A stretch of DNA of 64,000 bases from Paragordius varius (taxonomy: Eukaryota; Animalia; Nematomorpha): contig OZ176050.1 of NCBI GenBank assembly GCA_964247055.1, positions 9,610,001 through 9,674,000 on the forward strand, written 5' to 3'. Below are positions 39,301-53,773 of this stretch, piece by piece (positions within the stretch are counted from its first letter, which is position 1; each line of letters begins with the position of its first letter). The notes under the pieces are model-generated. The model worked only from the letters and a program-made list of their open reading frames with translations, was not told the DNA's origin and searched no databases. The translations under genes were made by a program, and so were the position numbers.

Positions 39301-42007
39301 AATACTTTAAGTGCATCCGGTTGGGCAAACCAGACAGAGGATGCACAATCTAACATGACATACATGTCCAACATTTGAGCAGCGATGTGACTCAAGGGTA
39401 AATAGCTAACGATTCTTTCACCAGCCATTTTACATTCAATATCGTATGTTGTAGCCTGAGCCGTCCAAATTAACTAATATATCATAAAAATAAATTAAGG
39501 TAATATTGCTATAACTACTCAAAATGATTTTTAATATTCACCATTTTTATAAAGATAAAGTTTGTCAAAAATATAAAAATTTACGTTATCATGGCTAATC
39601 ATGACACCTTTGGAATTTCCAGTTGTTCCAGACGTGTAAATTAGAGTACAACAATTGTTTGGCTTTAAACTATCCATGATGCTATTCAAAGTTGGAGTGG
39701 AAACTTGATTTTCATATTTTCCAAGATCAGACCACTAATCGTGTTTTAAAACAGATTCAGTATTTATATAAATGTTGATTAATTGAAAGCGAGAATGATT
39801 AATTATAGTTTATACCATTTACACTTTAAATTTGCCTTTAAACATTAAAATTTAACCATTCCTTTCAAATTCACCCTAAAAATAAATTGTGCGTCCGCGC
39901 TAATAAAACTCGCAGTACATATTAAATATGAAAGATTCCATAATTAGCAATTAATAATAATAAAAAGTTCGGTAAGGCCTAAAACTAACATTTAAAGATG
40001 ATAATAGACCAAAAACGCACTTATTTTCAGTGTAATTCAACATTAAGGGTACGTTATTTAAATGAAAAATTTAAAGCGTTTAAACTGAATTTAAAGTGTA
40101 AATGGTAGGTACATCAAAGATATAAATCATGCTGCATTTATTGTTTTATCGATACTATATATCTCATATATCATGCGTGCGCTAAATATTGCAAACAAAC
40201 CTTAATAATTTTGATATTGTGATGCCTGACCAAACTTTCATATGTGGCCAAGTGATTGAGACTGATATCCTTGTAATAAATGATGGCTTTAAGGTGTGGT
40301 AAAACATTTTGGCTAACTACATCACTGTTAATAGTGTCGTCAGTAGTGTGCGTTGTATTGATGTTATTGTTTCGAATGATAGACAAAATTTTGGCAAGAT
40401 GCGTTTCATCATCCACAACGCAAATGTTAGCTTGACAATCCTGTAAAATGTGTTTGCATGCCTCAGAGCTGTTTGTCGTATAAATTCCGGCGGAAAGACC
40501 ACTTTATAAGCAGAACATATTATAAGGAAAGTAAGAATAAATGCCAATAAATATACAAATAAACCAGAGCTCTTCTTATTTGAATGGTATATCTATTAAA
40601 AACTTTTGCAAAAGCAGACATTCACAAAAATACGGTTAAAATGTGACATTATTAAGGGAGCGTGTATACGTAGCTTAAATATAAAAACGGATTTTTGCCA
40701 AGTTTAATATAACAAATTATACAACACTTATTATAGAGTATAAACTGGTCAAATATTCAACGCAATATAAATCTTGATAAAATTTATGATGATATATAAC
40801 GTTATGCACATATCATTATAGTATTCAAAATGCGGAAATGGTAAAATTAGTGGTTATTAATTTTTTGGGACAATTTAAATAATTTCAAATATTCAAAATT
40901 ATTTTTGAGATTACGCTGATAGGTATATAATAATAGTAACATCTTATAATTGTTAATTAATTATAAAAAAACTAAATATTGGAAAAGGATTTGTTTTTAT
41001 TTTTTGTAAAAAAAACGGTTTCAGACATAATGGCTCTTCAAATTTCCTTTTTTGGTTAAACTGTGATTTAGCATTAAAATTTATAACATTTCATGTAAAC
41101 AAAATATAAAGTCGCGTTTGAGCTAAATTTCTCTTAATTTGTATCACATACTTTGAGATTAAACTAATAAAAGCAAATAAATGGTATAAAATAATTGTAA
41201 GGTATAAAAAATTCCAAAACGGTTTTAAGGATCAGAGTTCATAACTGTTTAGGACCTATTACGGTTGCAAAACCATACCAAAAAAGTTAAGGGTAGTGCT
41301 GAATGATTGTAATTTATTTATGAAATATTTATTATAGTAAAAAAAATAACAATAATTAATTAAACATCATATCAATTATAATTTATATAATATAAAATTA
41401 CCCAGCAAAAATAGCAGAAAAATTGGAGATAAACCATTCAGGAGAATTAAATCCAAGGATACAAACACCATGGTACCTTTCCAGTCCAAGCTACATAATT
41501 AAATTTTATAATAATGTTTAATGGAAAGAGAATTTTTCAAAAAAATATTCTACAATGAAAAACTTTAATTTCATATAAATCTTTTGCAATCCGTTAAAAG
41601 ATTAATAAAAAATTTATATATATATATATATATATATTACAAAAAAAGTAAGCATATAAATTTTATTAATGGACTAATAAAGAATCCTAATGCTACACTA
41701 TAAACATGACTAAAAATTATAGCATTGCACCAAAGCAAAATTTTAAATACAAGGTCACCCATTTCTTATAAGTGATCCATATATATATATATATATATAT
41801 ATATATCATTTACAATTCAAATTTACCCTCAAAAAAATATATTAAGATTAAAAATTACCTCAATTTTTTTATATATTTAAAAAATAAAAATTTTGTTTTA
41901 AATTAAAATAATACTGAAAAAATAATTAACTATGCCATAAAGATATATTTCATATTATATTAGTTGGAAAACATATAATTTATTTTTGGGTGAATTTGAA
42001 TTGTAAA

Positions 42008-42069
<62 letters not shown>

Positions 42070-43101
42070 GCATAATCGATAGAAAAATTTAATATACCGC
42101 TAAAAAGGCTTTGGCAACTTTTATGACTTCATCGTAATACTGTTTAAAAGTTAATGTAATCCATGGCGTTTGGACATTACTTTTGTCATTTTGATGTACA
42201 TTGCCTGCTTTGAAGCTTAATGCAGGAGATGACCCATATTGAGCGACAATTTGTCCAAACCTTTGTGGAACAGTTAGGGGAGCAAGTAATTTTATTTTAT
42301 TGTATTTGTTGTTAGAAATATTGAAATTATTAGAATAATCGGATTTGTTAGCAAAAATAGGGCCAAAACGGTGTTCGTCAAGTTTTAACCCATCGAGATT
42401 AATGTTTTCTGTTGATGTAAAAGTTGTGTCCATTTGTTCCCAAAGTGTAGTATCAATGTGCGCTAAACCATTTGGTAATGTGTTTCGGTAAGTGGGGTGC
42501 ATTTTGTTTGCTACATCACCTGAAATATTGCTATTATTGCCGATATCCCAATTATGTGCGGTTTCTGGTTCTGAATAATTTTGTGGGATTTTATCCAAAT
42601 TGGATTTCCTAGTCTCTGTTGGTATTTTTGGTTGAATGTTTGAGGCATCAAAATAAACATCGGAAGTTGGGTGAGATAAAAAGGTTTCTTTGCTATTATT
42701 TTCGGGATCGAAAGATGTATTTAAATCATTCTTAGGTAGAGCATGATCTACAACGTGCATTAAGGATTGCGTTGAGTGAGGGATTAATTGCCCAAAATTT
42801 GTTTTATTAGTAGGCTCAAGATTATAAATAACAGAATCGGTTTTATCGTAATTTGATTCATTTAACATTTGCCCATTCTCATAAACAGCATTAGAATCGT
42901 CACTATTGGTGCCATTTGAATGGTAACATCCATTGGTTAGGACGACGCTTTCGACATCATTTTGACTTTTTGAATGTTTCAATGACATTGGCATAGAAGT
43001 GTTTTCAGCATTTCCAACATTGTCAAAGCTGGTGGATGAATATTTATTGCTGTAAAGTGATAGAGACTCATCTGTAACAACATGTCCATTGGATCTAATA
43101 C
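36305..43101 (-). CDS. ACSBG: Long-chain-fatty-acid--CoA ligase ACSBG family, paralog 2 (start codon probably in an unidentified upstream exon)
   Basis: Exons 43101-42098, 41490-41402 (GFNSPEWF), 40501-40201, 39734-39585 ([13 protein letters not shown]), 39473-39306 ([11 protein letters not shown]), 39129-38948 (GVPRVWEK), 38613-38289, 38048-37963, 37878-37716 (GWFHSGDMG), 37362-37220, 37149-36978, 36736-36548, 36399-36305; phases consistent. Confidence 0.93.
39815..40105. mobile_element. TA-flanked MITE (CCATTTACACTT family) in an ACSBG-2 intron
   Basis: TA|CCATTTACACTTTAAATT ... AATTTAAAGTGTAAATGG|TA. Confidence 0.8.
41806..42010. mobile_element. MITE of the same family embedded in (TA)n
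   Basis: TCATTTACAATTCAAATTTACCC ... GGGTGAATTTGAATTGTAAATGA, flanked by TA runs on both sides. Confidence 0.75.
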
Positions 43102-45597
43102 CTATTATAATTAATCGATGTAAAACTCAAATATATATGTGTTTAAATTATATATTAATATATATATATATATATATGTATAAATGGCATGGGAGCGTAC
43201 ATGGACAAAGACCCCTTATGACCTTGGCCACTGATTCGTTGCAAAATGAGTAAATTACTCTTTCAGATTTTTTTGGTATCTGGCAGAAGTTATTTTTTGA
43301 GTTAGATCAGTTATAAAATAGTTGTATAATGGAATGTTTGCTCAATAGAAAGCATCAATCTCTTAAAAATTCGTGCATTTCTCTGCAGTGTATTTGGATC
43401 CTGGTTTAAAAGTTTCATACGAAAAATGCACTGGAATAAATAACCTATTGGCTCTTCATAGAGATATTACGCCAAGCGAAGTAAGTCATGTAAATTCAAT
43501 GGAGAGGTGATATTTTTGATTCGTATTTAATGAGAAAAAATGAACACTCAGAAAGGATATAATATTTGATTTCGAGAAAACTCCATTTGTACCCATCTCC
43601 ACAATTTTGCATTTATGGAAAAATTTAAAGTTTAAAAATCGCGAATTAAATAACCTTGCAAAAATAATTATTGGAATACAGGCATTCCCTATTACATATT
43701 TACTAATATTTTAGGGAGTAGAGAGATCACGAATCTTACATCATTGTAACAAGGGTTTCTGAAAGCCATCATTTTTTTAAGAAAATTAACAAAAATTAGA
43801 TATGTTTGATTTTTATTGACCTACTTTTTTATAGATATGCTAATAAATAAATATAAAATACTTAATCTACACTTATCCAATTGTTGTTTATTTTATCACA
43901 TAATTTAGGTATGTATGTTTTGGAATAATTATCAGATATTTGGATATATGATCGAAACCCAGAAAACTGGTTCTGGAACCGATAAAATGCATAAACCAAA
44001 ACCAAAACAGTTTTAAAATTTTAAGTACCGTTTTAAAACAGGTCCCCCTTTTTAAATAACCAAAAAATGAAAAGAACCGGAACCAGTTTATCTTTTAAAA
44101 ACCGTTTTAGAACCGGTCCCAAATTGTAATAAGTTTAAATTTCTAAATCCGCTTTAAGATTAAGCGCATTAAAAGGGGATCGCCATTATGAACTTTTTTA
44201 AAAATTGAACGCATCTGTTATGGTTCAATCAAACCGAATATAGTTAACTAAGAAAATGACTTAAATAATTAAAAGCTACCTTTTCCCGTATTGATATGTC
44301 CGTTTTGAAGTATAGCACCTTCGTCATTCGGTGAAGCGGAGGGTTTGGGCGAAGGCGGAATTTTCATATATTATTGAAATAATCTCTTATACCGTAAAAA
44401 AATATAATTATGCCAAGCGTTTTAAAAAATATATTCAATATATAAAATCTTTACTTCCTTAATTTGTTTTTCATTTAATTTTAATTTTTATCAGAAAAGG
44501 ATATTTTAACAAAAAAGCATAAGGTTAGATAAAATCTTACATTTATAATCCAAAATCTAGTCTAATTTATAATATAGCGTACAATTTAAACTAAAATGTA
44601 GATATATGATGTACACATGGAAAATAATCTACCTTTGTATTTAGTTATCTAAGGCTATCTTTAGCATCCAAAAATAATTAAATTTAATAGAATTCCCTCA
44701 ATTGGAATAATAAGATACTTTATATACTGAAATAAATAAAATTAACTTTAAAAAATATGGTAATATGGATATATAAGTATAATAAATTTTAATCCGCAGT
44801 ATATTCAAATATTATCTTTTGTGGCTTACGAATTTAAATAAGAAATGGAGAATTATAGTCATGATAACATCCTTATGTAATTTGAATAGGATACAGCATT
44901 TTTAGATGTGTTATCCAATGGAGAGTAGATTAAAATTTAATAGAAATAAGGTGATATATATAACTTGAACCGTCAATAAAATACATGTAATGATAACGAA
45001 GAAAAATAAAAATATTTTAAAGCAAACATATAAACAACAAACATTTTCGACACAGAATGTGTCAACAAAATTGCCTTTAGAAATGTAAATAAACAATATG
45101 TGTGTAAATTTATAATTATAATGTGGCTATAATGAGAGTATTAGTATTATGACTTATCAAATAAAAAATCAATATACTTTTTTTGGTTAAATTGGAATAT
45201 AACCATACGGTAAAAGGAGTCAATTTTGTGATTGTACCCCATATGGTTTTTACTATTCCATTTGCATGTTGCAAAGTACAAACCCATTAAATTTATTGAT
45301 ATTCCAATTAGTTATGCATATAATAAAATAATTGGTTTACAAATTATTGAATATATTCAAGATATTTACTTTATTATATTTGTGATCATACAAAGTCGAA
45401 AGACCTACAATAAATAAAGTTTGCATTTTTGGTCCTCTCGAAATGCGTTACTTTCTATTTTGTTTTTTATTGTTTACATCATAGTAATATATTGTCATAT
45501 TATATTTTTGATGCTTGTTTCTTTCAGTCCATTTTTACAACATATATTACAGTAAACAATATTTTTGAAATTTGAAAACAACATTTTTCGTTGAAAA

Positions 45598-48500
45598 ATG
45601 TCACAAGAAAATTCGCATACACCTCTGTCCAATGGATTCGTTGGTCACGATACAATATTGGCTAGTAAGTTTTTTTAATGATTATTGCATCATAGCTAAA
45701 AATCGATAATATATTACTTATTTCACCAGAATAACCGTATTTTTAACTATTCCTTTTTAATGTTAGCTGCAGATTCGTATACGAGCAGTGATCCAACTCA
45801 GCCTGTATTGATACGAACAAATCTTGACGAAAAAAATGATTCCATTCCTAAAACGGGTACATATTTTTTTCATCAACCAGTAATTTTACGCTAAAAATAT
45901 ATAAAGCAATATATTTTTATTCTTACATGATTTTTTTTTAAAAAATTTGCTGGCTATCATTATATTTATTTATGCGAATATATTAAAAAAATGTATGTTT
46001 TTTGTTTAGACCAATTTATAACGGTACCCCAAAGATTTATACAAATTGCCCAAAAATATCCCACAAACATTGCATTTCATTATCAACCCTATGATGAAAC
46101 TGAAAAAAATACGACTTCAGACCAACAAATTAAACGGTCATGGTCTACTGTCACATACAAAGAATATCTCCAAAATGTTCGGAATACAGCAAAAGCTTTT
46201 ATCGCAGTAAGAAAATTTTTTTTTAAATTAATATTATAAACAAAATTTGGTTTGTTAATTAATCATTATCTTTTTTTCGTATTGAATATATATCAACACA
46301 TAACATATATTTTTTAAAAACTGATTGTAAAACTGACTGACCTTCCAGTTTTTTCCCAGATATATTTTTATATTAAAAATTGACTGATTATCTGTTATAA
46401 AAATTCTTTGCTTGTGATTGATTTTGGCAGACAAAAATAAATATTTATAAGTTTTTACAAAATATTTATAATATATACATAAGGAAAAAATAAACCAATT
46501 TTAATTAATTATAATCATAGTCAGTCTATTTGCACTAAATTGATAAAAAATTGGACCATATTTAAGTAACTGAAAATTTATATTTTAGTTAGGTTTACAA
46601 CCTAAACACTCCGTTGGTATAATCGGTTTCAATTCGCCTGAATGGTTTTACTCCAATTTTGGTGCAATCTTTGCCGGGTAAATTTTTGCTAATTTTTGTT
46701 ATCCCAATTAAAATTTAAACCACTTCAAGCTTTTCTGTTATTATACAGAATTAAAATCCTATAAAAATGAAATTGGCTTGGAATGAAGTTTTTTAATAAA
46801 CCAATTTGTATTAATTTAGCCCGTTCCAAAGTTTTAATTTACAACTCCTGATCTTAATGCTTTGCTTTTAAGTTGTGTTATTATCTGTCAATAATTTAAC
46901 TGTTTTTAATTATAAATTACTTTTCAAGAGCTTATACACTGGTTAACTCGCCTACAATGATTTTATTTTGGCAAAAAATATATGGCCCATTTTTGCATCA
47001 TTACCCTTTTTCTATAACAATAAAACATTGAAATTTATTTAATTATTAATATTTCTTTTTATTTATAACAATATTGAATAATTTATCATAACTAGGACCT
47101 TATATCAATTGCCGAAGAGTGCATGATAATAAACATAAGCCAATTTATCAAGCGCTCTTTTTAAAATAAACGCATTCAAATTTTTTCCTGTTGCCCTTTT
47201 ATGTTTTCTTATATATTCATTTTCTATATAAATGCGTGATGGTATAGTAGGTAGAGCGCCGGATTCTTGCATTGTGTGTGTGAAGTGCCAGAGTTTATAT
47301 TCCGAAACTTCGCAATTTTTCCATCCTCACTGTTAGCCCTTAGCAGGAGAGTGTTAAAACTTTCACAAGTCCTGATACAATAAGTTGTCATTATTTAATA
47401 AAAAAACCAAAAAAAGTGACTCTAAACTCATATATTTATTCATTATATATAGTGGTTTATCTACTGGCATCTATACAACAAATAATCCTGAAACATGTCT
47501 CCACGTTTTGTCGGACAGTGCGGCCGACATTGTCGTAGTTGAAGATGATTCTCAAATGGCCAAAATCCAAAAGATTAAAGATAAATTACCCAATCTCCGA
47601 GCCATTGTTCAATACAAAGGGACACCGAATCCCGTGCTAAATTCGACATCTCAACCAAATCTTACAACAGATTTATCTAGTCCCAAAATATTTAGTGTTT
47701 GTTCTTACACATATATTGATTGAATATTGCAACCGACTAGGAATCAAAAAATAACATTATCTTTAATTATTTATGCGATAATAACCTTATTTTTTATTAT
47801 TCTTGTCTATCTTTCAACATAAATATTATATACCATTTGCACTTCAAGAGTGTCCTTGAGCACTTCAAGTTGGTCGTTGAACAGTTCAAGTTGGTCCTTG
47901 AACAATTCAAGTTGGTCCTACATTTCAAGTTGGTCCTTGAACACTTTAAGTTGGTCCTTAAAATTTATAAATTTTGATTAAACCATAGTTTTTGCATTTA
48001 TTTTTTTATTTTATTATTTTTAACCTATTTTCTTTATTTATTGTATATTCATTTAAAATTAAAATTTTTTATTGAAAAACCACTTTTTTGTTTCAAACTA
48101 TTTTTTTTCAATTGAACAAAATTATTTGACTTTTAATAATGAAAAATTTTAATTTATACCCAGAAAACTTATATATTTTTTGATTTCGTGTTAAAATCTT
48201 ATAAATATCCAAAATTATTTAAGGAATTAATAAAGATATACGATTTTTCAAAGATTAAAAGTTGATATCGATTTAAAATTTATGTTAAATAATAAAAAAT
48301 AGGAAAATAATAAAATAGATGAATTATTTACGATTTGATTGATAAAAGTTAAAAACAAAACAAAAAAGTCAAAGGACCAACTTGAAGTGTTGAAGGACCA
48401 ATTTGAACTCAAGGATCAACTTGAACTGTTCAAGGACCAACTTGAATTGTTCAAGGACCAACTTAAAATGTTCAAGGACCAACTTGAAGTGTTCAAGGAC

Positions 48501-51500
48501 ACTCTTGAAGTGCAAATGGTATATTGAAGATTTTCATTGAAAAGTAGCGTAGAATAAGTTTTTGATAATTTGTTACTATTTTTGACTAACTATTACATTC
48601 TATTAATGAGGCATCTGTAAAATTAAAAAATAACCGAATAACAACTTAACCAAAATGAAACCCAAATCAAAATTTTTTGCGCAAATGTGGTAAACTACTT
48701 TTTTCCCAAAACTTTTTTTCACAGGATTAATTTAGAATGTTTTTTTTTAAAAAAATATGGACTCGGAACTGAATACGGTTCCAGCACATATTCAATGTTT
48801 TTATATAATACTCCACTTAAATATTGTCGATAATTACCCATTTTTTTATATGTCATAATTATAGTGGAAAGATTTTATTGAGCTGCATGTTACGATATCA
48901 GACGCCGAACTTGATGAAAGACTTAATTATTTATATGCTAATATGTGTTGTTCTCTCATCTACACATCTGGTACGACAGGAAACCCTAAGGGTGTTATGA
49001 TAAGCCATGATAATGTAAAAAATGTTTTATAATAGTTTAACAATCTTAAATATTTTACATTTTTGTTTTCATACTATTTACATGAGTTATTTTGTTGAAA
49101 AAGAAAAATATGTTAATTAGACATGTATAAATTTGTTGGTTTTTTCCTGCTTATTAAAACATATTATCAATAATATGACTTGCTATTAATATAGTTTAAA
49201 TTTATTTTATGACATATATGTTTAACTGTTGTATAAATATACATTTAGGAGTTTTTTTAAAAAAAATAGATTATGTGGACGAAACAGGTTGCTAAAATGG
49301 TAGGTCTTAGGGTCGGTCAAGAAGTTCTTATGACATATTTGCCCTTGAGCCATATTGCAGCACAAATTGTGGATATGTATATGGTAATGGAAACGGCTAA
49401 TACATTATATTTTGCCCATCCTGACGTATTAAAAGTAAATTTTTTGAGCTTTACAATAGCGGGTAATTTGATATTTAATATAGTTTTGTAATTAGGAGTA
49501 TAAAAATAATAATATTTTTATAAAATCAAGATAGATTTATTTTTATATATGAGTTATATAAATGACTGTTATCTTTTTCCATAATCGCCATAATTGGTTG
49601 TTTCGGTCTTTTTGAATATTGAAACAAAAAAAAAACAAATATAATACTACTTATTTACATATATTAATTTTTTTTCATTATAAATTTAAAAAACGCTTAT
49701 AACCTAAAATATGGCTGTTAACTATGCTTCATACACATCTTAATTCCAATTTTTATATTGCGGAATTAGGGAACTTTAGTACAATATCTAAAGCACGTTA
49801 GACCAACTATATTTATTGGTGTGCCACGAGTTTGGGAGAAAATGGCTGAAAAAATGCAAGAAGTTGGTCGAAGTACGCGCGGAATAAAGAAAAAAATCGC
49901 TGATTGGGCAAAATCGATCGGTACCCAAGGCACTCGAGATTTAATGAAAGGGTATAATCATTTATTAGTTTAATAATTACGAGTATGACCAAAATTACTA
50001 ATTTTCCATTAAATATCGAGGGCAGTATGTAAAGTAAAGAGCAATATTATATTTTTAAACTTTTTCTTTTTTTACCAAAAATATTTCTCTTAACTTGTAA
50101 ATCCTACTAGCAATATATTTTACCCTACTTAAATTTACTAATTTTATGGATTAATGTTTAAAATTTTTAATTCATAATAAAATGAATATTTGTAGTCAAT
50201 TTCTATCGATATTATGTTTTGGTATTCTCTTACCTAGACATCCTATACCCTGGTCATGGGGATTAGCAAATGCACTAGTATTTCGTAAGATTCACAAAGC
50301 CCTTGGACTTGACCGATGTACATATATGGTTAGTACAGGGGCCCCTATCTCTTCGGAAACATTGGCTTATTTTAATGCTCTCAACATACGGATCATGCAA
50401 GTTTACGGTAAATTATAGGTTTTTCAAAAAATTTTATGGAATGAAAATCTCATAATATTGATCAGCATATAATTATTAGCGGTTTAAACTTTAGATTTTA
50501 AATTTGCGAATATAATACATCTTGCCCTTTTATTCGTCATGTTCTTATGAGTATTTTTGGCCTTGACTATGATTATATTTGATATGGATATGTATCCTAT
50601 ATATATAATGCTAAATTTATATTTTCCCTGTTTGCATGTTGCCTTTATAAGGATAAATTGAACCTGTAGTTAAATGGTTGAACATAAACATACATCATTT
50701 AATTCAACTGCCATACATAAAACAAAAATTAGGCATGAGTGAATGTACAGGTCCCGCCACATTAAATATTCCCATAACTGGCAAATTTTGGAATGGAAGT
50801 GTTGGATTAGCAATGGATGGCTCCCAAGTCAAAATCGATGATTCTCCTGATGACAATAGTCATAAAGAGGTAATTCCCCTTTTTTGTAATATTTCAAATT
50901 TTAATCCTTCAATATATACTATTTTTGAGGATTAGGTTATGATTTAAAGTTCATTTTCTTATATTTTTTATTTAGTTATGTTTACGTGGAAGGCATGTTT
51001 TTATGGGATACATACATAGGGACAAAGAAACAAGAGATATGATAGATAAAGACGGTTGGCTTAAAACCGGTGATCTTGGGGCTTTTCAAATTACAGAAAC
51101 TGGTGGACCCTTTGTTTACATTACTGGACGGATAAAAGGTAGATGAAATAATGAATGATTTAAATGGATTTAACTTTCTTTAAATATTTATCCAATATCG
51201 TGTTCAAATGAAACGCTTGTTTTTGTCCTCAGTTTTTATATTTTGGTTTTTTTATAATAACGGATATTATTCTTTTTTTTAAATTTGTTGACGAGAATAT
51301 AGAGTCTGCAAAATCATTTATCCTTAACTGTTAATCTTGTTAACGAAAACTTATTGTTTAGATGGTAAAAATGACTATAAATATTAATTAGATTCGAAAT
51401 TTTCAAAACATTGTTGTATTTTAATGCATTAAATAAAACAAGAAATAAAACCAATAAAATTCAAATAAAAAATAATTCATGGTTAAAATATATTTATTAT

Positions 51501-53139
51501 AAAAGATACTACCCCATTTCTAAAATTTTGGATATAATTTGTTTTAAATATTTAATTGCAGAATTAATAATTACGGCCGGTGGAGAAAACATTGCACCTG
51601 TTCCGATTGAAGATGCACTCAAAGAAGAGTTGCGTGATCTCATTAGCAATGCCATGGTTGTCGGGGATTACAAGAAATTTTTGTCCGTTTTACTTACGCT
51701 AAAGGTTATTAATTTTAGAAATTGACAATACTAAATTTTCAGTGTCAAACAATTATTCATGAAGAAATAATATAATCAAAACTAAAAATTATAAGATAAA
51801 CTGTAAAAACTTAAAAAAACTACTACTTTTTATAAAGAATAAATTTTTTTTTGATGCTTATTTTTCTATATCACGTAAAATGATTACGATTTCTTTGTTG
51901 GCTTAAATTTATAAGTATAAAATATTTGTTACTTTTAAAATTTGTCTTTGTAATTTTAGTTTCCTTAACATTGCCTTTTGCATTATATATTTTCTGAACC
52001 TACTAATTCTGCCTAAATTATGAATATTATTTATTTGCTGATTTCGCATCGAATTATTCTATATATATATTAGTAAAAAAGTTTCGTCAGAAATCCCAAT
52101 TGATGGAATTTCTACACTAACTTTTCATTATCACATTTGCCATTTAGTGTGAAACTGACCCAGTAACAAATATGCCATCAGATGACTTAACTCAAGGTGT
52201 TCGAGATTACCTTGTCCAGGTGTTGGAGAATTCGGATCATGGGATAACGCATGTTTCGGAAATTTGTGAACCTCAACATCCCTTACCCCCAAGATTCAAT
52301 GAAGCTATCCGACTTGCCATAAATCGTGTAAATGAACGCGCAGTGAGTCGAGCAGCCATGATACAGAAATGGAAATTTGTTCCTCGCGATTTTAGTGTCC
52401 CTGGAGGAGAATTAGGTAGTTAGCACAAAAAGTATAGTTTTGACTAGGTTCAACTTGTGTAACTATTTAATACATTAATAATACTTTTTATGCAGGAAAA
52501 ATGGTTTTGGCCGGCGATTGTCTATATCTATTCTAATCTCTATGGCCTAACTTTGATTTTGGGGCTACATTTACACCATTTTAAGATTGTTACCTTTATG
52601 ACCGATATTATATTTGTTACTATAGATGTAGTTGAATAATGAAGTAGATGTGCCATTTCGAAAAAAATATTAATATATAAGGGTAAAAGTTATGATGGGA
52701 ATACCTTTATTTGGCTAAAAAACTCGATATCGGGGTTCCTGAATACAGTTACGTCTATTTCTAAAAACATTCACTAGTTATTTTATAATCATTAGTTATA
52801 GTGAACAGCCAACTTTTATAATCTCAATGGTTTGAAAAGTACTATTGTAAATTTGCATAACTCGTATATTTTTTTCTAAATTAAGGCCCAACTCTAAAAC
52901 TTAGGAGACCTATTGTGTTAAAAATGTACGCAAATATTATCAATTCCCTCTATGACGAAAATAAGAATGCCTTACTGCAACCAGCGACTGATTATACCCA
53001 ATCAAATGGTGGAATGGAAAATACTTTTGTAGCGAATGGCCTGGAGAGTAACTCAACACATCATGTAGTTTCCAAAAAGTTTTTATCAACCGAAGACGTT
53101 AATCTAAAACATTCCGAAAGTTATATTACACACATTTAA
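45598..53139 (+). CDS. ACSBG: Long-chain-fatty-acid--CoA ligase ACSBG family, paralog 3 (complete)
   Basis: ATG 45598; exons 45598-45664, 45767-45856, 46010-46206, 46589-46677, 47453-47696, 48865-49014 ([11 protein letters not shown]), 49270-49434, 49770-49951, 50238-50407, 50733-50869, 50976-51138 (GWLKTGDLG), 51562-51704, 52148-52415, 52886-53139; GT-AG and in phase. Confidence 0.95.
47234..47313 (+). pseudogene. tRNA-derived relic or SINE head in an ACSBG-3 intron
   Basis: A-box-like TGGTATAGTAGGTAGAGCG; B box and cloverleaf degenerate. Confidence 0.3.
47833..48519. mobile_element. MITE with subterminal 21-bp tandem repeats, in an ACSBG-3 intron
   Basis: TA|CCATTTGCACTTCAAG ... CTTGAAGTGCAAATGG|TA; arrays of AAGGACCAACTTGAA(G/C)TGTTC, inverted on the two arms. 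Confidence 0.85.
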
Positions 53140-53197
53140 AAAAATACATATAATTTTTTTCATTTTAATTTCAAAATTGCTGTGCTAATACCCAAAA

Positions 53198-53248
<51 letters not shown>

Positions 53249-53601
53249 TACAAGACTGCTCAAATTATATCAAATCGTATTATTATATAACTTACTAAAT
53301 TATGGTTGTGCGCTCCCTACCATATATGATATAGCCAAAATTCTCATCATCACAACTTTTACCTTTCTATACTACTCAATAATAATTTGTATGTACTTAA
53401 TGATTTTTTTATAATTATATACTTATTTAGCAACAGTATTACATATTGTTCGTATAATGTTTTTTATCGATATTTGAAAAATGATTTTTTATGACTATAC
53501 ACCCCAGTAAATTTCATACCCTGTGATAATCTAAAATTATATGATAAATTTATATATAATAAATATCAATATCTATAAATCCAAATATGGGTTATTTTGC
53601 T

Positions 53602-53641
<40 letters not shown>

Positions 53642-53773
53642 GTAAGACATAAATGCTTTATATTAATATAGTGATTGTAAAAGGATAGTAAAATATTGAT
53701 GAAGACACAATCACGGGTATAATGTCATTTCCATTTAACATTTTTTCCTGTTACCATTTTCCATGTAATTGCT

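Noticed and set aside
43250-43480. Possible first exon of ACSBG-2 or a CGGBP/hAT-like relic (…AF.*ANIPLY…)
   Set aside because: Stops in all frames and no convincing donor; too degraded to call.
47845-48500. Regular short repeats resembling a CRISPR array
   Set aside because: Units are head-to-tail with no unique spacers, in a eukaryotic intron with no cas genes.
48339-48527. ORF with heptad-like KDQLELF repeats resembling a leucine zipper
   Set aside because: It is the translation of the 21-bp subterminal repeats of a MITE inside an ACSBG-3 intron; the mirror copy lies on the other arm.
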